39,495 nucleotides of DNA, from positions 1 to 39,495 of the forward strand of contig DASTTJ010000109.1 of NCBI GenBank assembly GCA_035760205.1. The letters run 5' to 3'. Source of the DNA: Steroidobacteraceae bacterium. Lineage in GTDB: Bacteria; Pseudomonadota; Gammaproteobacteria; Steroidobacterales; Steroidobacteraceae. The position numbers were made by a program, and so were the translations under genes. The notes under the pieces are model-generated. The model did not search any database. It saw nothing but the letters and a program-made list of their open reading frames with translations, and was not told where the DNA came from. Positions 1 through 9,771 of the stretch are shown piece by piece (the stretch's first letter is position 1; each line of letters starts with the position of its first letter).

Positions 1-956
1 AGGGCGCCGAGCTTCTGATCAGGAACCGCGCGCAGAATCGCGTAGTAAGGCGTGAAGTACCATACCGGCGCGATGTGCTCGGGCGTGGACGACGGATTCG
101 CCGGTTCGAAGTTCGGGGGTTCCATGAACAGGCCGCCGAACGTCGGTACGAAGAAAACCACGATGGCAAACGCCGTGAGGAACAGGCCTACGCCGACGAT
201 GTCCTTGAGCGTGTAATAAGGATGGAACGGGATACCGTCCTTCGGCTTGCCATCGGCGCCGAGGTTTTCCTTGATCTCGATGCCATCCGGATTGTTCGAG
301 CCCACCTGACGCAACGCGACCAGGTGCAGGAGGATGAGCAGCGCGATCACGAAAGGCAGCGCGATGACGTGCAAAGAGAAGAAGCGCGTGAGCGTGGCAT
401 CGCCGATGCCGTAGTCGCCGCGAATCCACTCCACGAGACCTTCACCGACAACGGGAATCGTGCCAAAGAGATTGATGATGACCTGCGCGCCCCAGTACGA
501 CATGTTGCCGTAGGGCAGGACGTAGCCCATGAAGGCTTCGGCCATGAGCGCGAGGTAGATCAGCATGCCGATGACCCACAGCAGTTCGCGCGGGCCTTTG
601 TAGCTGCCGTACAGGAACGCGCGCGCCATGTGCAGGTACACGACGATGAAGAAGAACGACGCGCCGACCGCATGCATGTATTGCAGCAGCCAGCCGTAGG
701 GAACTTCGCGGCGCAGGTATTCCACCGAGTCGAACGCGGAGGACTCACCCGGCTTGAAATGCATGGTGATGAAAATGCCCGTCACGATCTGCATGACGAA
801 CACCAGCAGGGCCAGCGAACCGAAGAAGTACCAGATGTTGAAGTTCTTCGGCGCGTAATAACCCGTCAGCTGGTCGGCCATGAACTGATCGACGGGCAGA
901 CGCTTGTTGAGCCAGGCGCGAAAGCCACCGGCATTCTTATCCATCGTGGCGGACAT
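1..956 (-). CDS. petB: cytochrome b subunit of ubiquinol-cytochrome c reductase (bc1); C-terminal end runs off the window
   Basis: Absent from the ORF track because it has no in-window stop. My reverse-strand translation from ATG 956-954 reads MSATMDKNAGGFRAWLNKRLPVDQ...YMHAVGASFFFIVVYLHMARAFLYGSYKGPRELLW...STPEHIAPVWYFTPYYAILRAVPDQKLGA. The ATG overlaps the petA stop (TGATG). Confidence 0.9.
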   Translation of the reverse strand, partial: MSATMDKNAGGFRAWLNKRLPVDQFMADQLTGYYAPKNFNIWYFFGSLALLVFVMQIVTGIFITMHFKPGESSAFDSVEYLRREVPYGWLLQYMHAVGASFFFIVVYLHMARAFLYGSYKGPRELLWVIGMLIYLALMAEAFMGYVLPYGNMSYWGAQVIINLFGTIPVVGEGLVEWIRGDYGIGDATLTRFFSLHVIALPFVIALLILLHLVALRQVGSNNPDGIEIKENLGADGKPKDGIPFHPYYTLKDIVGVGLFLTAFAIVVFFVPTFGGLFMEPPNFEPANPSSTPEHIAPVWYFTPYYAILRAVPDQKLGA

Positions 957-1579
957 CAGGCCACCCCTTTCGCCGGCGTATCCACGCCGATGACGAGCTT
1001 GTTGTCGCCTTCGAAGCTGTAGGGCGGAATCTTGAGATTTACTGAAGCCGGCGAGCCTTCGAACACTCGACCCGCGAGATCGAACTTCGAGCCGTGGCAC
1101 GGGCAGAAGAAGCCGCCCGGCCAATTGGCCATCACCGAGGCATCACCCGGAGTGAACCGCGTCTTGGGCAGGCACCCGAGGTGCGTGCAGGTGCCAATCA
1201 TCACCAGCACTTCGGGCTTGATGGCGCGGGAGTCGTTCCTGGCGTACTCGGGCTGTTCGGACTTCTCGGACTTCGGGTCCTTGAGCTCCGACGCGAGCGC
1301 GCCGAGCGACGCCAGCATTTCGGGCGTCCGCTTGACCACGTAGATCTGCTGCTTGCGCCAGAAAAAAGTTGCCATCTGGCCCGGCTCGATCTTCGTCAGA
1401 TCGACCTCGGTGGGCAGGCCCGCGGCGCGGGCGCTCTCCGAAGGCATCCACGATGCCAGGAAGGGCACCGCGGTCAGCACCGCGCCAACCGCACCGGTAC
1501 CGGCGGTGGCTGCTATCAGAAACTTGCGCCGACTCTCGTCGACTTCGGGGACGGTATCGTCGGCCGCGTGATCGCTCAT
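956..1579 (-). CDS. petA: Rieske [2Fe-2S] subunit of ubiquinol-cytochrome c reductase
   Basis: 207 aa. Tat-like N-terminus (SRRKFL), Rieske boxes CTHLGC and CPCHGS. Lies directly upstream of cytochrome b. Confidence 0.95.
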   Translation of the reverse strand: MSDHAADDTVPEVDESRRKFLIAATAGTGAVGAVLTAVPFLASWMPSESARAAGLPTEVDLTKIEPGQMATFFWRKQQIYVVKRTPEMLASLGALASELKDPKSEKSEQPEYARNDSRAIKPEVLVMIGTCTHLGCLPKTRFTPGDASVMANWPGGFFCPCHGSKFDLAGRVFEGSPASVNLKIPPYSFEGDNKLVIGVDTPAKGVA

Positions 1580-1623
1580 TCTTGACCTCAGGAACGTTCA
1601 TTCGCCCCGGCGCGCGGACGCAA

Positions 1624-1659
1624 AATGCGCCGCTGCGAGACCCCGGGAGGCGGCGCATT
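1624..1659. promoter_or_regulatory. 10-bp inverted repeat (AATGCGCCGC-N16-GCGGCGCATT) in the petA / degS-like divergent promoter region
   Basis: Perfect 10-bp arms read directly from the sequence. The position between two divergent starts suggests an operator or leader hairpin; function unknown. Confidence 0.3.
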
Positions 1660-1694
1660 ATACACATGAGGATCAACGCTAAGACCGCCCGCCG

Positions 1695-2900
1695 ATGAGG
1701 ATTATCCGGCCTATGTCGACTCGACCCCTGTTGCGATTTCTGGCTTTCATTTCGATCTCCGCGGTCGTTGGACTCGCGGCCGCGTTCGTTGCAGTGATGG
1801 TGCGCCCGGAGCTCATCGCGCGGCGCGCGCCGCCCCCCCAGCCCGCACCGCAGGCCGCTCCCCCGGCACCGGCCGCCAACGCCGTGCCCGTGGTACTGGC
1901 TCCAGTGCCCGAAGTCCCGCGTGCGGTGAACTCATACGCGGACGCCGTCGAGCGGGCGGCGCCGGCCGTGGTCAACATCTATACGGCAAGGCTCGTGACC
2001 GAACGCATCCAGCCGAACGCCATCGAAGAGTTGTTCGGTGACGCCCGGCCTCGCTACCAGCGGCGCCTCGAGCAGAGCCTGGGTTCGGGCGTCATCGTGG
2101 ATGGCGCCGGACACGTCATCACCAATCACCACGTCATCGCCTCGGCGGATCTGATCCGGGCGCAGCTTGCCGATGGACGCATCGCGGACGCCAAGATCGT
2201 GGGTCGAGATCCGGACACCGATCTTGCCGTGCTGAAACTCGACCTGAAATCGAATATCCCGGTGATGCCGCTCGGCCATTCGGACCGGTTGCGCGTGGGC
2301 GACATCGTGCTAGCCATCGGCAATCCCGTGGGCCTGTCGGCGACCGTCACACAGGGAATCGTCAGCGCCACTGGCCGCGGCCAGCTAGGCGTCGCCACGT
2401 TCGAGAACTTCATCCAGACCGACGCGCCGATCAACGTGGGAAATTCAGGTGGCGCGCTGATCAATGCCGACGGCGAACTCGTCGGCATCAACACCGCTGT
2501 GTTAGCCAAGAACCTGGGGGTCGAAGGCATAGGTTTTGCCATCCCCGTCAACCTGGTGCGCGGCGTGATGTCGGAGATTCTCACCAAGGGACGCGTGGTG
2601 CGCGGCTGGATCGGCATCGTGCCAGCCGACATCGACCAGCTCGAGGCGCGGCGTTTCAATCTCGCGCAGCCGGGCGTGGTGGTCGCCAAGCTCTATGTGG
2701 GCAGCCCCGCCGCCGAAGTGGGCATGGAACCACGCGACATCATCCTCACGGTGAACGGCGTGAAGGTGAGCAGCGCGCAGGACACGCTCACGCGTATCGC
2801 CAACGTAAAGCCAGGCAAAAAGATCACCATCACGGGAATACGCGGTACTGCGCCCTTCGAAAACGAAGTGGCGGTGGGCGAACGCCCCAGGAACCGTTAA
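1695..2900 (+). CDS. degS: membrane-anchored HtrA-family serine endoprotease with one PDZ domain (DegS/AlgW-like)
   Basis: 401 aa. N-terminal TM helix, Pro/Ala-rich linker, trypsin-like core (HVITNHHV, GNSGGAL) and a single C-terminal PDZ. Alternative ATG at 1713. Confidence 0.85.
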   Translation: MRIIRPMSTRPLLRFLAFISISAVVGLAAAFVAVMVRPELIARRAPPPQPAPQAAPPAPAANAVPVVLAPVPEVPRAVNSYADAVERAAPAVVNIYTARLVTERIQPNAIEELFGDARPRYQRRLEQSLGSGVIVDGAGHVITNHHVIASADLIRAQLADGRIADAKIVGRDPDTDLAVLKLDLKSNIPVMPLGHSDRLRVGDIVLAIGNPVGLSATVTQGIVSATGRGQLGVATFENFIQTDAPINVGNSGGALINADGELVGINTAVLAKNLGVEGIGFAIPVNLVRGVMSEILTKGRVVRGWIGIVPADIDQLEARRFNLAQPGVVVAKLYVGSPAAEVGMEPRDIILTVNGVKVSSAQDTLTRIANVKPGKKITITGIRGTAPFENEVAVGERPRNR

Positions 2901-2913
2901 TTAAAGAGGCTGC

Positions 2914-3363
2914 CTACTGCAGGCAGACGACGACATTGGCCGCGTAGCTGCGCCAGTTGATCGGGATGACGAACGAGCGGCCGGTGGTGGCGGCGGCCGT
3001 GGCGGCATTGTTGCGGTCGCAGATGGTCGGCGTGCTGATGACGAAGTTGCGGCCGAAATCGCGGCGCGCATTGCCCGAGATGGTGTTGGCCACTTCGCCC
3101 ACGAGGTCGCGCACGTTCTGCTCGCCGGTGTCGGTTTCGTTCATGCACATCAGCATCACCGAGAGCATGCCGCGCGGCGCGGTGAAATAGACCTTGCCTT
3201 CACGGTTGCCGGAAATGCCGATGACGCCGGCGTAGTCCTGGACTACGGCCGACTTGTCGATGCACAGGTAGGGAGATCCGACCGTGGCAGGGTGACCCGT
3301 CGCGGTCTCGAAGAAGTGCACAGTGCCCTGCACAAAGGTTCGAACTTCTTCAGCGTCCAACAT
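2914..3363 (-). CDS. cheX: CheX-like CheY-P phosphatase
   Basis: 149 aa. CheX/CheC-family pattern (GVIGISGNREGKVYF, DLVGEVANTISGNA with E-x2-N). Starts 5 nt downstream of the CheY-like gene. Confidence 0.75.
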   Translation of the reverse strand: MLDAEEVRTFVQGTVHFFETATGHPATVGSPYLCIDKSAVVQDYAGVIGISGNREGKVYFTAPRGMLSVMLMCMNETDTGEQNVRDLVGEVANTISGNARRDFGRNFVISTPTICDRNNAATAAATTGRSFVIPINWRSYAANVVVCLQ

Positions 3364-3368
3364 TTCTC

Positions 3369-3758
3369 TTACTCCCCAATCAACTCGGCGAGAGCTTCAT
3401 TGAGCTGGTCGTCCGTAAACGGCTTACACAGAAAGCCGTTGGCGCCCTTCTCGATGGCTTCAACGGCTGTGGCTTTATCGGCCAGAGCCGACACCACCAG
3501 TATAAGCACATCAGGCTTTATTTTGATTACGTGCTCCACGCACTCTATTCCATCCATTTCCGGCATGGTCAGGTCGAGCGTCATCACGTCGGGCAACAAC
3601 TGCTTGAACTTGGTGACCGCATCGAGGCCGTTCACGGCAGTACCGACCACTTCGAGCTGGTCATTCTGCTGGGAACGTTCGATGCGACGACGCATCACAT
3701 TTGAGTCGTCGACGATCATCATGCGCATCGGTTGGCGCGGTTTGGGAACTGCACTCAT
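3369..3758 (-). CDS. single-domain CheY-like response regulator
   Basis: 129 aa REC. MMIVDDSN acidic pocket, MTLDLTMPEMDG phospho-acceptor Asp, VVSA, CKPF conserved Lys. GGGAGGAG lies upstream of the ATG. Confidence 0.9.
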   Translation of the reverse strand: MSAVPKPRQPMRMMIVDDSNVMRRRIERSQQNDQLEVVGTAVNGLDAVTKFKQLLPDVMTLDLTMPEMDGIECVEHVIKIKPDVLILVVSALADKATAVEAIEKGANGFLCKPFTDDQLNEALAELIGE

Positions 3759-3776
3759 GGTCTAAAACACTCCTCC

Positions 3777-6062
3777 CTAGGCAGCCACGACCCCGGCAGC
3801 ATTCGCGCTGGACGGGAACGACAAGGACAGACGCATGTTCTTGCCGACTTCAGAATTCAACGAGATACGACCTCCGAGACGGGCCGCAATCTCCGCGATC
3901 ACATCCATGCCCACCCCGCGGCCCGCGTCCCGGGTGACACCCGTGGCGGTCGAGAAGCCGGAACGGAACACCAGCATCATGGCCTCCTGGTCGGAGAGCG
4001 CAGCGGCGTCGTTCTGCGAAATGATGCCCTTGGTCACTGCCGTCTTGCGCAGCTTGTCGGGCGTAAGGCCGCGACCGTCGTCCTCGCACTGCATGCGGAA
4101 CGCGCGGCCCGACTCGGTCATCTCGAAATTGATGCGGATATGGCCTTCAGGCGATTTGCCGGCAGCCTCGCGCTCTTGCGGTGATTCGATACCGTGCACC
4201 ACGGCGTTGCGAATCAGCTGTATCAGCACGTCCTTGACCGGACGGCGATAGGTCTCGGGCACCTGGTCATGACCGCGGCAGGTCACGACGACCTTCTTGC
4301 CGTGATCGTTGGCGATGCGATCCGCCAGCTGCTGCGCGGAGGCGACAAAGCCTTCGCGAGCCGAACGCTGCAGGGTTGCTTCGGCGGCCACGGCGTCGGC
4401 CGTGAGCGCCTGCCGCGAAGAAGTATCGCCGGTGCTGGCCGCGGCGTGACTGCCGGTGGCACCCGTAGCATGTCCCGCAACTTGTCCTTGTTTGGGCGCG
4501 AAGCTGTCGCGGAAGCTTGCGAGCTTCGTGACCATTTCGCGGACCGACTGCGAATGCGACACCAGGTCATCGAACTTGGTGAGCAGCGGCAGGAAGTCGT
4601 CGCCGGTGAGATCGGTGCGTTCACGCAGCGCGGCAAGATCGCTCTCGAGTGCGTGCGCGCGCTGCTCCATCGAACCTAAGCCGATGGCCGAAGCCTCGCC
4701 CTTGATGCTGTGGATCTGACGGAACAGCCCGTCGATCTTGCGGCGGAACGAGGCGCTGTCGCGCGCCGGATCCCGCAGCGTGGCGTTGATCATCTTGAAC
4801 GCGACGTCCGAGTCGTCCAGGAACGAACTGAGCTGGTTCGGATCCACGTGCAGGATCGAGAGGAACGCATCCATCTGCGTCTGCGCGTTGTCCTGCGCGC
4901 CCTTGAGCTGCGCCGCCAGTGCCACGCGCGCGGTCACGTCGGACACCGACACCAGCACGTGCGTGATCGCGCCGTCGCGACGCACGCGGTGGAAGTTGAA
5001 TTCGAGGTAATGGGTCTCGCCCTTGTCCTGCTTGCCATCGCCGCCGGTGATCACTTCCACTTCGTTGAGCGGGTTGATCGAGCGGATCAGGTTTTCCTTG
5101 GTGCGCTCGCTCCACAGCACTTTGACGAACTTGGTCGCAATGGCCAGCGTCTTTGCCGACACCAGGTTGCGCAGCAGATCTTCGAAGGTGATGCCCGCGA
5201 TGGATTCCCGCTGGAAGAGCGAGCCGGTCGCGTCGGAGTGAATTTCGCCGATCTTGAGATCGGCATCGAGCAGGAAGAGACCTTCACGCACCGTACGCAG
5301 AATGTCTTCTGTCTGCTGGCGGGCTGCCTGAGCCGCCGCGGCCTGTTTGCCGCGCGCCAGCGAGAGGTAACCGACGAGCGCGGCCAGTGCGGCCGCGAGT
5401 CCTACGCCGATGAGCACCACCGAGCGCAGCGCAGTCGCCAGCGAGTCGGAGGAGCTTTGCAGACCGGCGATGATCTGCGCGAGGCTCTTTTCCAGGGCCG
5501 GCGTATAAACGCGCGCCTGCGTGGCGGCGTTGGTGACCGAACGCTGCAGTTCGCGGCCGTCCATGTTGAGCTGCGTGCCTTCACGCTCGCTGTCCGAATA
5601 CGGGATCGAACTGAAGTTCGCGACCGGCGCGAGGGCCGGCTGGTACTTCTTCCACGCGTCCGTCATTTCGCTGATCGTCTTCTGCACGTCGTCGTCGCCG
5701 CCGAAGCCGCCGATGCTGACACCGCCACCAGACTGGAGCGACGCCGTGGAAGTCTCGAATTGCTGCGTGGCGCGCTTCAGCTGCTCGATGGAGTCACGCA
5801 CGAATCCACGCGCGCGCAGACGATCCTGGATCGAGTTGAGTGCCGCTTGCATGCGCGAGGGCTGCTGCTGCAGTTCACCGATGGCGCGGACCGCGGTGTT
5901 GTTCTCCACCAGGCGACCGGCGAAGTACCAGGCTGGCGCGAGCACGCCCACCAGGAACGCCAGGGCCAGGATGCCTACCGCCACCCACACGGCGCGAGCG
6001 CCCTGCATGCGTGACGAAAACTTCTTTGCCGTTTTGGCTTTGTCTTTACTCACAGAGCTCAC
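3777..6062 (-). CDS. membrane-bound CheA-type histidine kinase (2 TM sensor - PAS-like - HPt - CheA-type catalytic domain; no CheW/P5 domain)
   Basis: 761 aa with a GTG start. TM helices at about aa 24-46 and 214-235. HPt motif QIHSIKGE (His451, codon 4710-4712). CheA-like P4: LIQLIRNAVVHGIE, DDGRGL, FRSGFST, GRGVGMD. The protein ends about 10 aa after the ATPase domain. Confidence 0.85.
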   Translation of the reverse strand: MSSVSKDKAKTAKKFSSRMQGARAVWVAVGILALAFLVGVLAPAWYFAGRLVENNTAVRAIGELQQQPSRMQAALNSIQDRLRARGFVRDSIEQLKRATQQFETSTASLQSGGGVSIGGFGGDDDVQKTISEMTDAWKKYQPALAPVANFSSIPYSDSEREGTQLNMDGRELQRSVTNAATQARVYTPALEKSLAQIIAGLQSSSDSLATALRSVVLIGVGLAAALAALVGYLSLARGKQAAAAQAARQQTEDILRTVREGLFLLDADLKIGEIHSDATGSLFQRESIAGITFEDLLRNLVSAKTLAIATKFVKVLWSERTKENLIRSINPLNEVEVITGGDGKQDKGETHYLEFNFHRVRRDGAITHVLVSVSDVTARVALAAQLKGAQDNAQTQMDAFLSILHVDPNQLSSFLDDSDVAFKMINATLRDPARDSASFRRKIDGLFRQIHSIKGEASAIGLGSMEQRAHALESDLAALRERTDLTGDDFLPLLTKFDDLVSHSQSVREMVTKLASFRDSFAPKQGQVAGHATGATGSHAAASTGDTSSRQALTADAVAAEATLQRSAREGFVASAQQLADRIANDHGKKVVVTCRGHDQVPETYRRPVKDVLIQLIRNAVVHGIESPQEREAAGKSPEGHIRINFEMTESGRAFRMQCEDDGRGLTPDKLRKTAVTKGIISQNDAAALSDQEAMMLVFRSGFSTATGVTRDAGRGVGMDVIAEIAARLGGRISLNSEVGKNMRLSLSFPSSANAAGVVAA

Positions 6063-6068
6063 CCTCCA

Positions 6069-8162
6069 TCACTCCGGCTTGAATACGATGCGCTGAACCG
6101 CGAGACGCGAGTCAGTCGACTCGAATTCCTCAAACCGGGCACTTTCCATTGCCGATATCGCCGCCGCGTCAAACAGGCCCGCGGGCTCACTCGACAGCAC
6201 GCGCACGCGTTCCGTGCGGCCTTCGGGCGTTACGTAGAACTCCACGCGCACCCAGCCTTCGACACCCTTCGCGGAAGTCGGATATTTCGGCCGCGGCGGA
6301 CGCGCCATCTTGAGCGGCGGTAGTTTGGGAGCCGCAGCCGCGGTGGCAACCGCCTGCTGGGCATTCGCAATCGCCGCACGCAGATCGCCGAGATCGGCGT
6401 CGCCGCCCAAGCTCTCGGCCGCATCGAGCAACGCGGCGGCATCGGTCGGCCGGCCACCCGTGAGGCGCGAGCGGGCTTCGCTGATGAGACGCGTGCGCAC
6501 ATCGCGCACCACCTGCACCGTCGTCGGATTGCGCACATCGAGCAGACGCAGTCGCTCGGCGTTCGAAACCGCTGAATCATTCGCGGGCTGGATCAGATTG
6601 CCGCTGGCGAGGCGATCCTGCGCCGCCTTGGCGAAGCGTGCGATATCTTCGTTCGTGCGTTGCTGCTTCTGGTTGGCGGCGGTGATATCCCGCTGCGCGG
6701 CGTTGATGACCGCGGCCGAGACGCCGTTTTCGCGCGCCGCGCCGAGCATCGACTGCACCCCCGCGTTGTCGCCCTTGGCGGCGGCATCGCGCGCTGCGGC
6801 AAGCAGGCGCTGGTTCAGATCGTTGTTGAGACGTGTGATGAGGTCGGATGAGGCGCCCACCTCGCGCAAGCCGGCGATCGCATCTTTTGCGGACTCGTCG
6901 TTCGGCGTCACCAGGCGCCCATTGGCCAGGCGCGATTCGGCGCTTGCCACCAGGCGGCTGATGGAAACCGAGCGGCGCTTGTTGTCGAGCTCCTTGCCGA
7001 GCTGCGCGATCTGCGCGGGCGGCAGAAGCGCATCTTTCTGCGCAGCGTCGAGCAGGGTCTGGGCGCGATCGAAGTTCTGCGCAGCGAGAGTCGCCTGGAT
7101 CTGGGCGAGCGCAGTCTGGGCGCGCATGGAGTCGAGGCGCGCGTCGACTTCGACCAGCCGCTGGTCATTCGGATCGATGCTGCGCGCGGCTTCGAGCTCG
7201 GCGAGCGCGTTGTCGAAACGGCGCTCATCGAGCGCCGTGCGGGCACGCGCGATCAGCAAGCCGCCGAGGCGCTTGAGGCCTTCGGTGGCTTCGGCATTGC
7301 CCGGATCGAGCTGCAGGACCGTGCGGAAATGTTCGAGAGCGTTGTTCTTGGCGGGTTCAATGTAGCGGCGCTCGTCCATCGCCATGCGCGCCTTCTCGAG
7401 CACTTCGTCGAGTGAGGCGACCGGAGCCGTCGTACCAGCCGACGGAGCCTTGCCTGTATTCGGGGTGACGGCGGCGGTGGCCGCAGCCGGAGCTTCTCCC
7501 GAGGAACCCTTCGACATGAAGAAATAACCGGCGCCTGCGGCGGCGAGCACGGCCACGACGATGCCGATCATCACGACCGGCGACTTGCCGGACTTCTCTT
7601 CGCCGCCCGAGCTGCCGCTCGAAGGCGAGGTGACTGCGCTCAGCGCGTCAGCCGTGGAGGAAATACGCGCCGCGTCGTTGATCGCGCGGAGCATGGGGCC
7701 GGTTTCCACCGGCGAATCGACCAGCGCCTGGATGGCACCTTCGAGCATCAGTGCGTCGACCATGCTCGCCGAGGCGCCGTCGCGAATCGCGATGACGACA
7801 GGGTTGTGCGGGCTGGCGGAAATCGGTGCGAAGTCTTCGGAATTCATTCCGCGCAGGTCCGCGACCAGGATGGTTCGCGTACCCGGCTTCAGCATGTTCG
7901 CGGCAGTGCCGAGACTGTCGGCGTGCCGGAGCTGGCAGGAGGATTCGAGCATGGGCCCGAGCTGCGCCCACAAATCGAGGTCGGGCGTGGCGATGAGCGC
8001 CAGCGGACGTTTCGACTTGAAAGTGCTGGCTCCCATATTGTTGCCCCTACCCGAGGTGTCAGTTTGCGCGGTTGCGCCGAATTCCGAACGTGCTTGCATG
8101 GACCCTCGACCTCTCATCGAACTAGTTGGCGACGGTGGCTCTTCCTCGCGGTGCCGGGGCAA
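6069..8162 (-). CDS. REC-like domain - TM - TPR-like periplasmic repeats - TonB C-terminal domain protein
   Basis: ORF of up to 697 aa from a TTG start; likelier ATG starts are at 8036 or 8099. aa 52-165 resemble a receiver (ILVADLRG), but the conserved Lys position reads LVDSP. TM helix VVMIGIVVAVLAAAGAGYFF. Three repeats of RLA-G-L-x-P-x-DSA. C-terminus KYPTSAKGVEGWVRVEFYVTPEGR...IVFKPE resembles TonB_C. Confidence 0.7.
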   Translation of the reverse strand: MPRHREEEPPSPTSSMRGRGSMQARSEFGATAQTDTSGRGNNMGASTFKSKRPLALIATPDLDLWAQLGPMLESSCQLRHADSLGTAANMLKPGTRTILVADLRGMNSEDFAPISASPHNPVVIAIRDGASASMVDALMLEGAIQALVDSPVETGPMLRAINDAARISSTADALSAVTSPSSGSSGGEEKSGKSPVVMIGIVVAVLAAAGAGYFFMSKGSSGEAPAAATAAVTPNTGKAPSAGTTAPVASLDEVLEKARMAMDERRYIEPAKNNALEHFRTVLQLDPGNAEATEGLKRLGGLLIARARTALDERRFDNALAELEAARSIDPNDQRLVEVDARLDSMRAQTALAQIQATLAAQNFDRAQTLLDAAQKDALLPPAQIAQLGKELDNKRRSVSISRLVASAESRLANGRLVTPNDESAKDAIAGLREVGASSDLITRLNNDLNQRLLAAARDAAAKGDNAGVQSMLGAARENGVSAAVINAAQRDITAANQKQQRTNEDIARFAKAAQDRLASGNLIQPANDSAVSNAERLRLLDVRNPTTVQVVRDVRTRLISEARSRLTGGRPTDAAALLDAAESLGGDADLGDLRAAIANAQQAVATAAAAPKLPPLKMARPPRPKYPTSAKGVEGWVRVEFYVTPEGRTERVRVLSSEPAGLFDAAAISAMESARFEEFESTDSRLAVQRIVFKPE

Positions 8163-8384
8163 CCTTGGCCCGTCTCCGGGGAACGACAGTGAGGGCCAGT
8201 ATTAAGTCAGTGCGTTGCCGCTGAGTGGCACTGAGTCACATCCGGCGCAAGGGAGACCCGCAAGAACGGCCGGATCGCGACCTGGATCACAAATGGTGCG
8301 TGAAGACATTCCCGGTTTCCGCCGGCAAACGGCGACGTGCCTCTCAGACACGCCACGGGCCTTTAAAATCAGTACAAAACGGCG

Positions 8385-8398
8385 AAATGTCCCCATTG
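8385..8398. repeat. half copy of the REP-like palindrome (AAATG-TCCCCATTG)
   Basis: Matches the right arm of the family consensus. Lies 15 nt downstream of the murA stop. Confidence 0.3.
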
Positions 8399-8412
8399 TC
8401 TCCCGGCCCTTC

Positions 8413-9703
<1,291 letters not shown>

Positions 9704-9739
9704 TAGGTTGGCGCACGCTAGCAAAAAGCCAGCGGAAAA

Positions 9740-9758
9740 AAATGGGGACTGACCCCAT
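9740..9758. repeat. REP-like palindrome copy (AAATGGGGACTGACCCCAT)
   Basis: ATGGGG-ACTGA-CCCCAT. Preceded by GCTAGCAAAAA, as in other copies. Confidence 0.6.
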
Positions 9759-9771
9759 CAGCCGAAGCCTG

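Noticed and set aside
75-1022. 315-aa plus-strand ORF covering the start of the window
   Set aside because: It is antisense to a clean cytochrome b reading frame. Its translation is Arg/Asp/Glu/His-rich low-complexity sequence typical of shadow ORFs in high-GC DNA.
2910-2926. Hairpin CTGCCT-ACTGC-AGGCAG between the convergent degS-like and cheX genes as a terminator
   Set aside because: The stem is only 6 bp with no U-run on either side, and it overlaps the cheX stop. This is too weak to call.
4710-6014. 434-aa plus-strand ORF, plus the similar long antisense ORFs 6310-7365, 8215-9339, 10043-11659 (minus), 15386-16330 (minus), 16533-17579 (minus), 32121-33377 and 33565-34950
   Set aside because: All lie opposite genes with strong family motifs (kinase, TonB_C protein, murA, kdsD/kdsC, rapZ, mgtE, gap, tkt). 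They have Arg/Gly/Ala/His-biased compositions with no recognisable motifs, so they are high-GC antisense artefacts.
8226-8231. TGGCAC (sigma-54 -24-like) upstream of the TonB_C-protein operon
   Set aside because: No TTGC -12 element lies at the required spacing (the next bases are TGAGTCACA), and it is on the wrong strand for the minus-strand operon. Other TGGCAC hits in the window also lack a -12 box.
8163-8412. Small ORFs in the murA / TonB_C-protein spacer (8202-8558 minus, 8225-8416 plus)
   Set aside because: They have no SD or motifs and overlap the murA 3' end or each other. The region is better explained as the promoter/leader of the 8162 operon plus a REP half-site.
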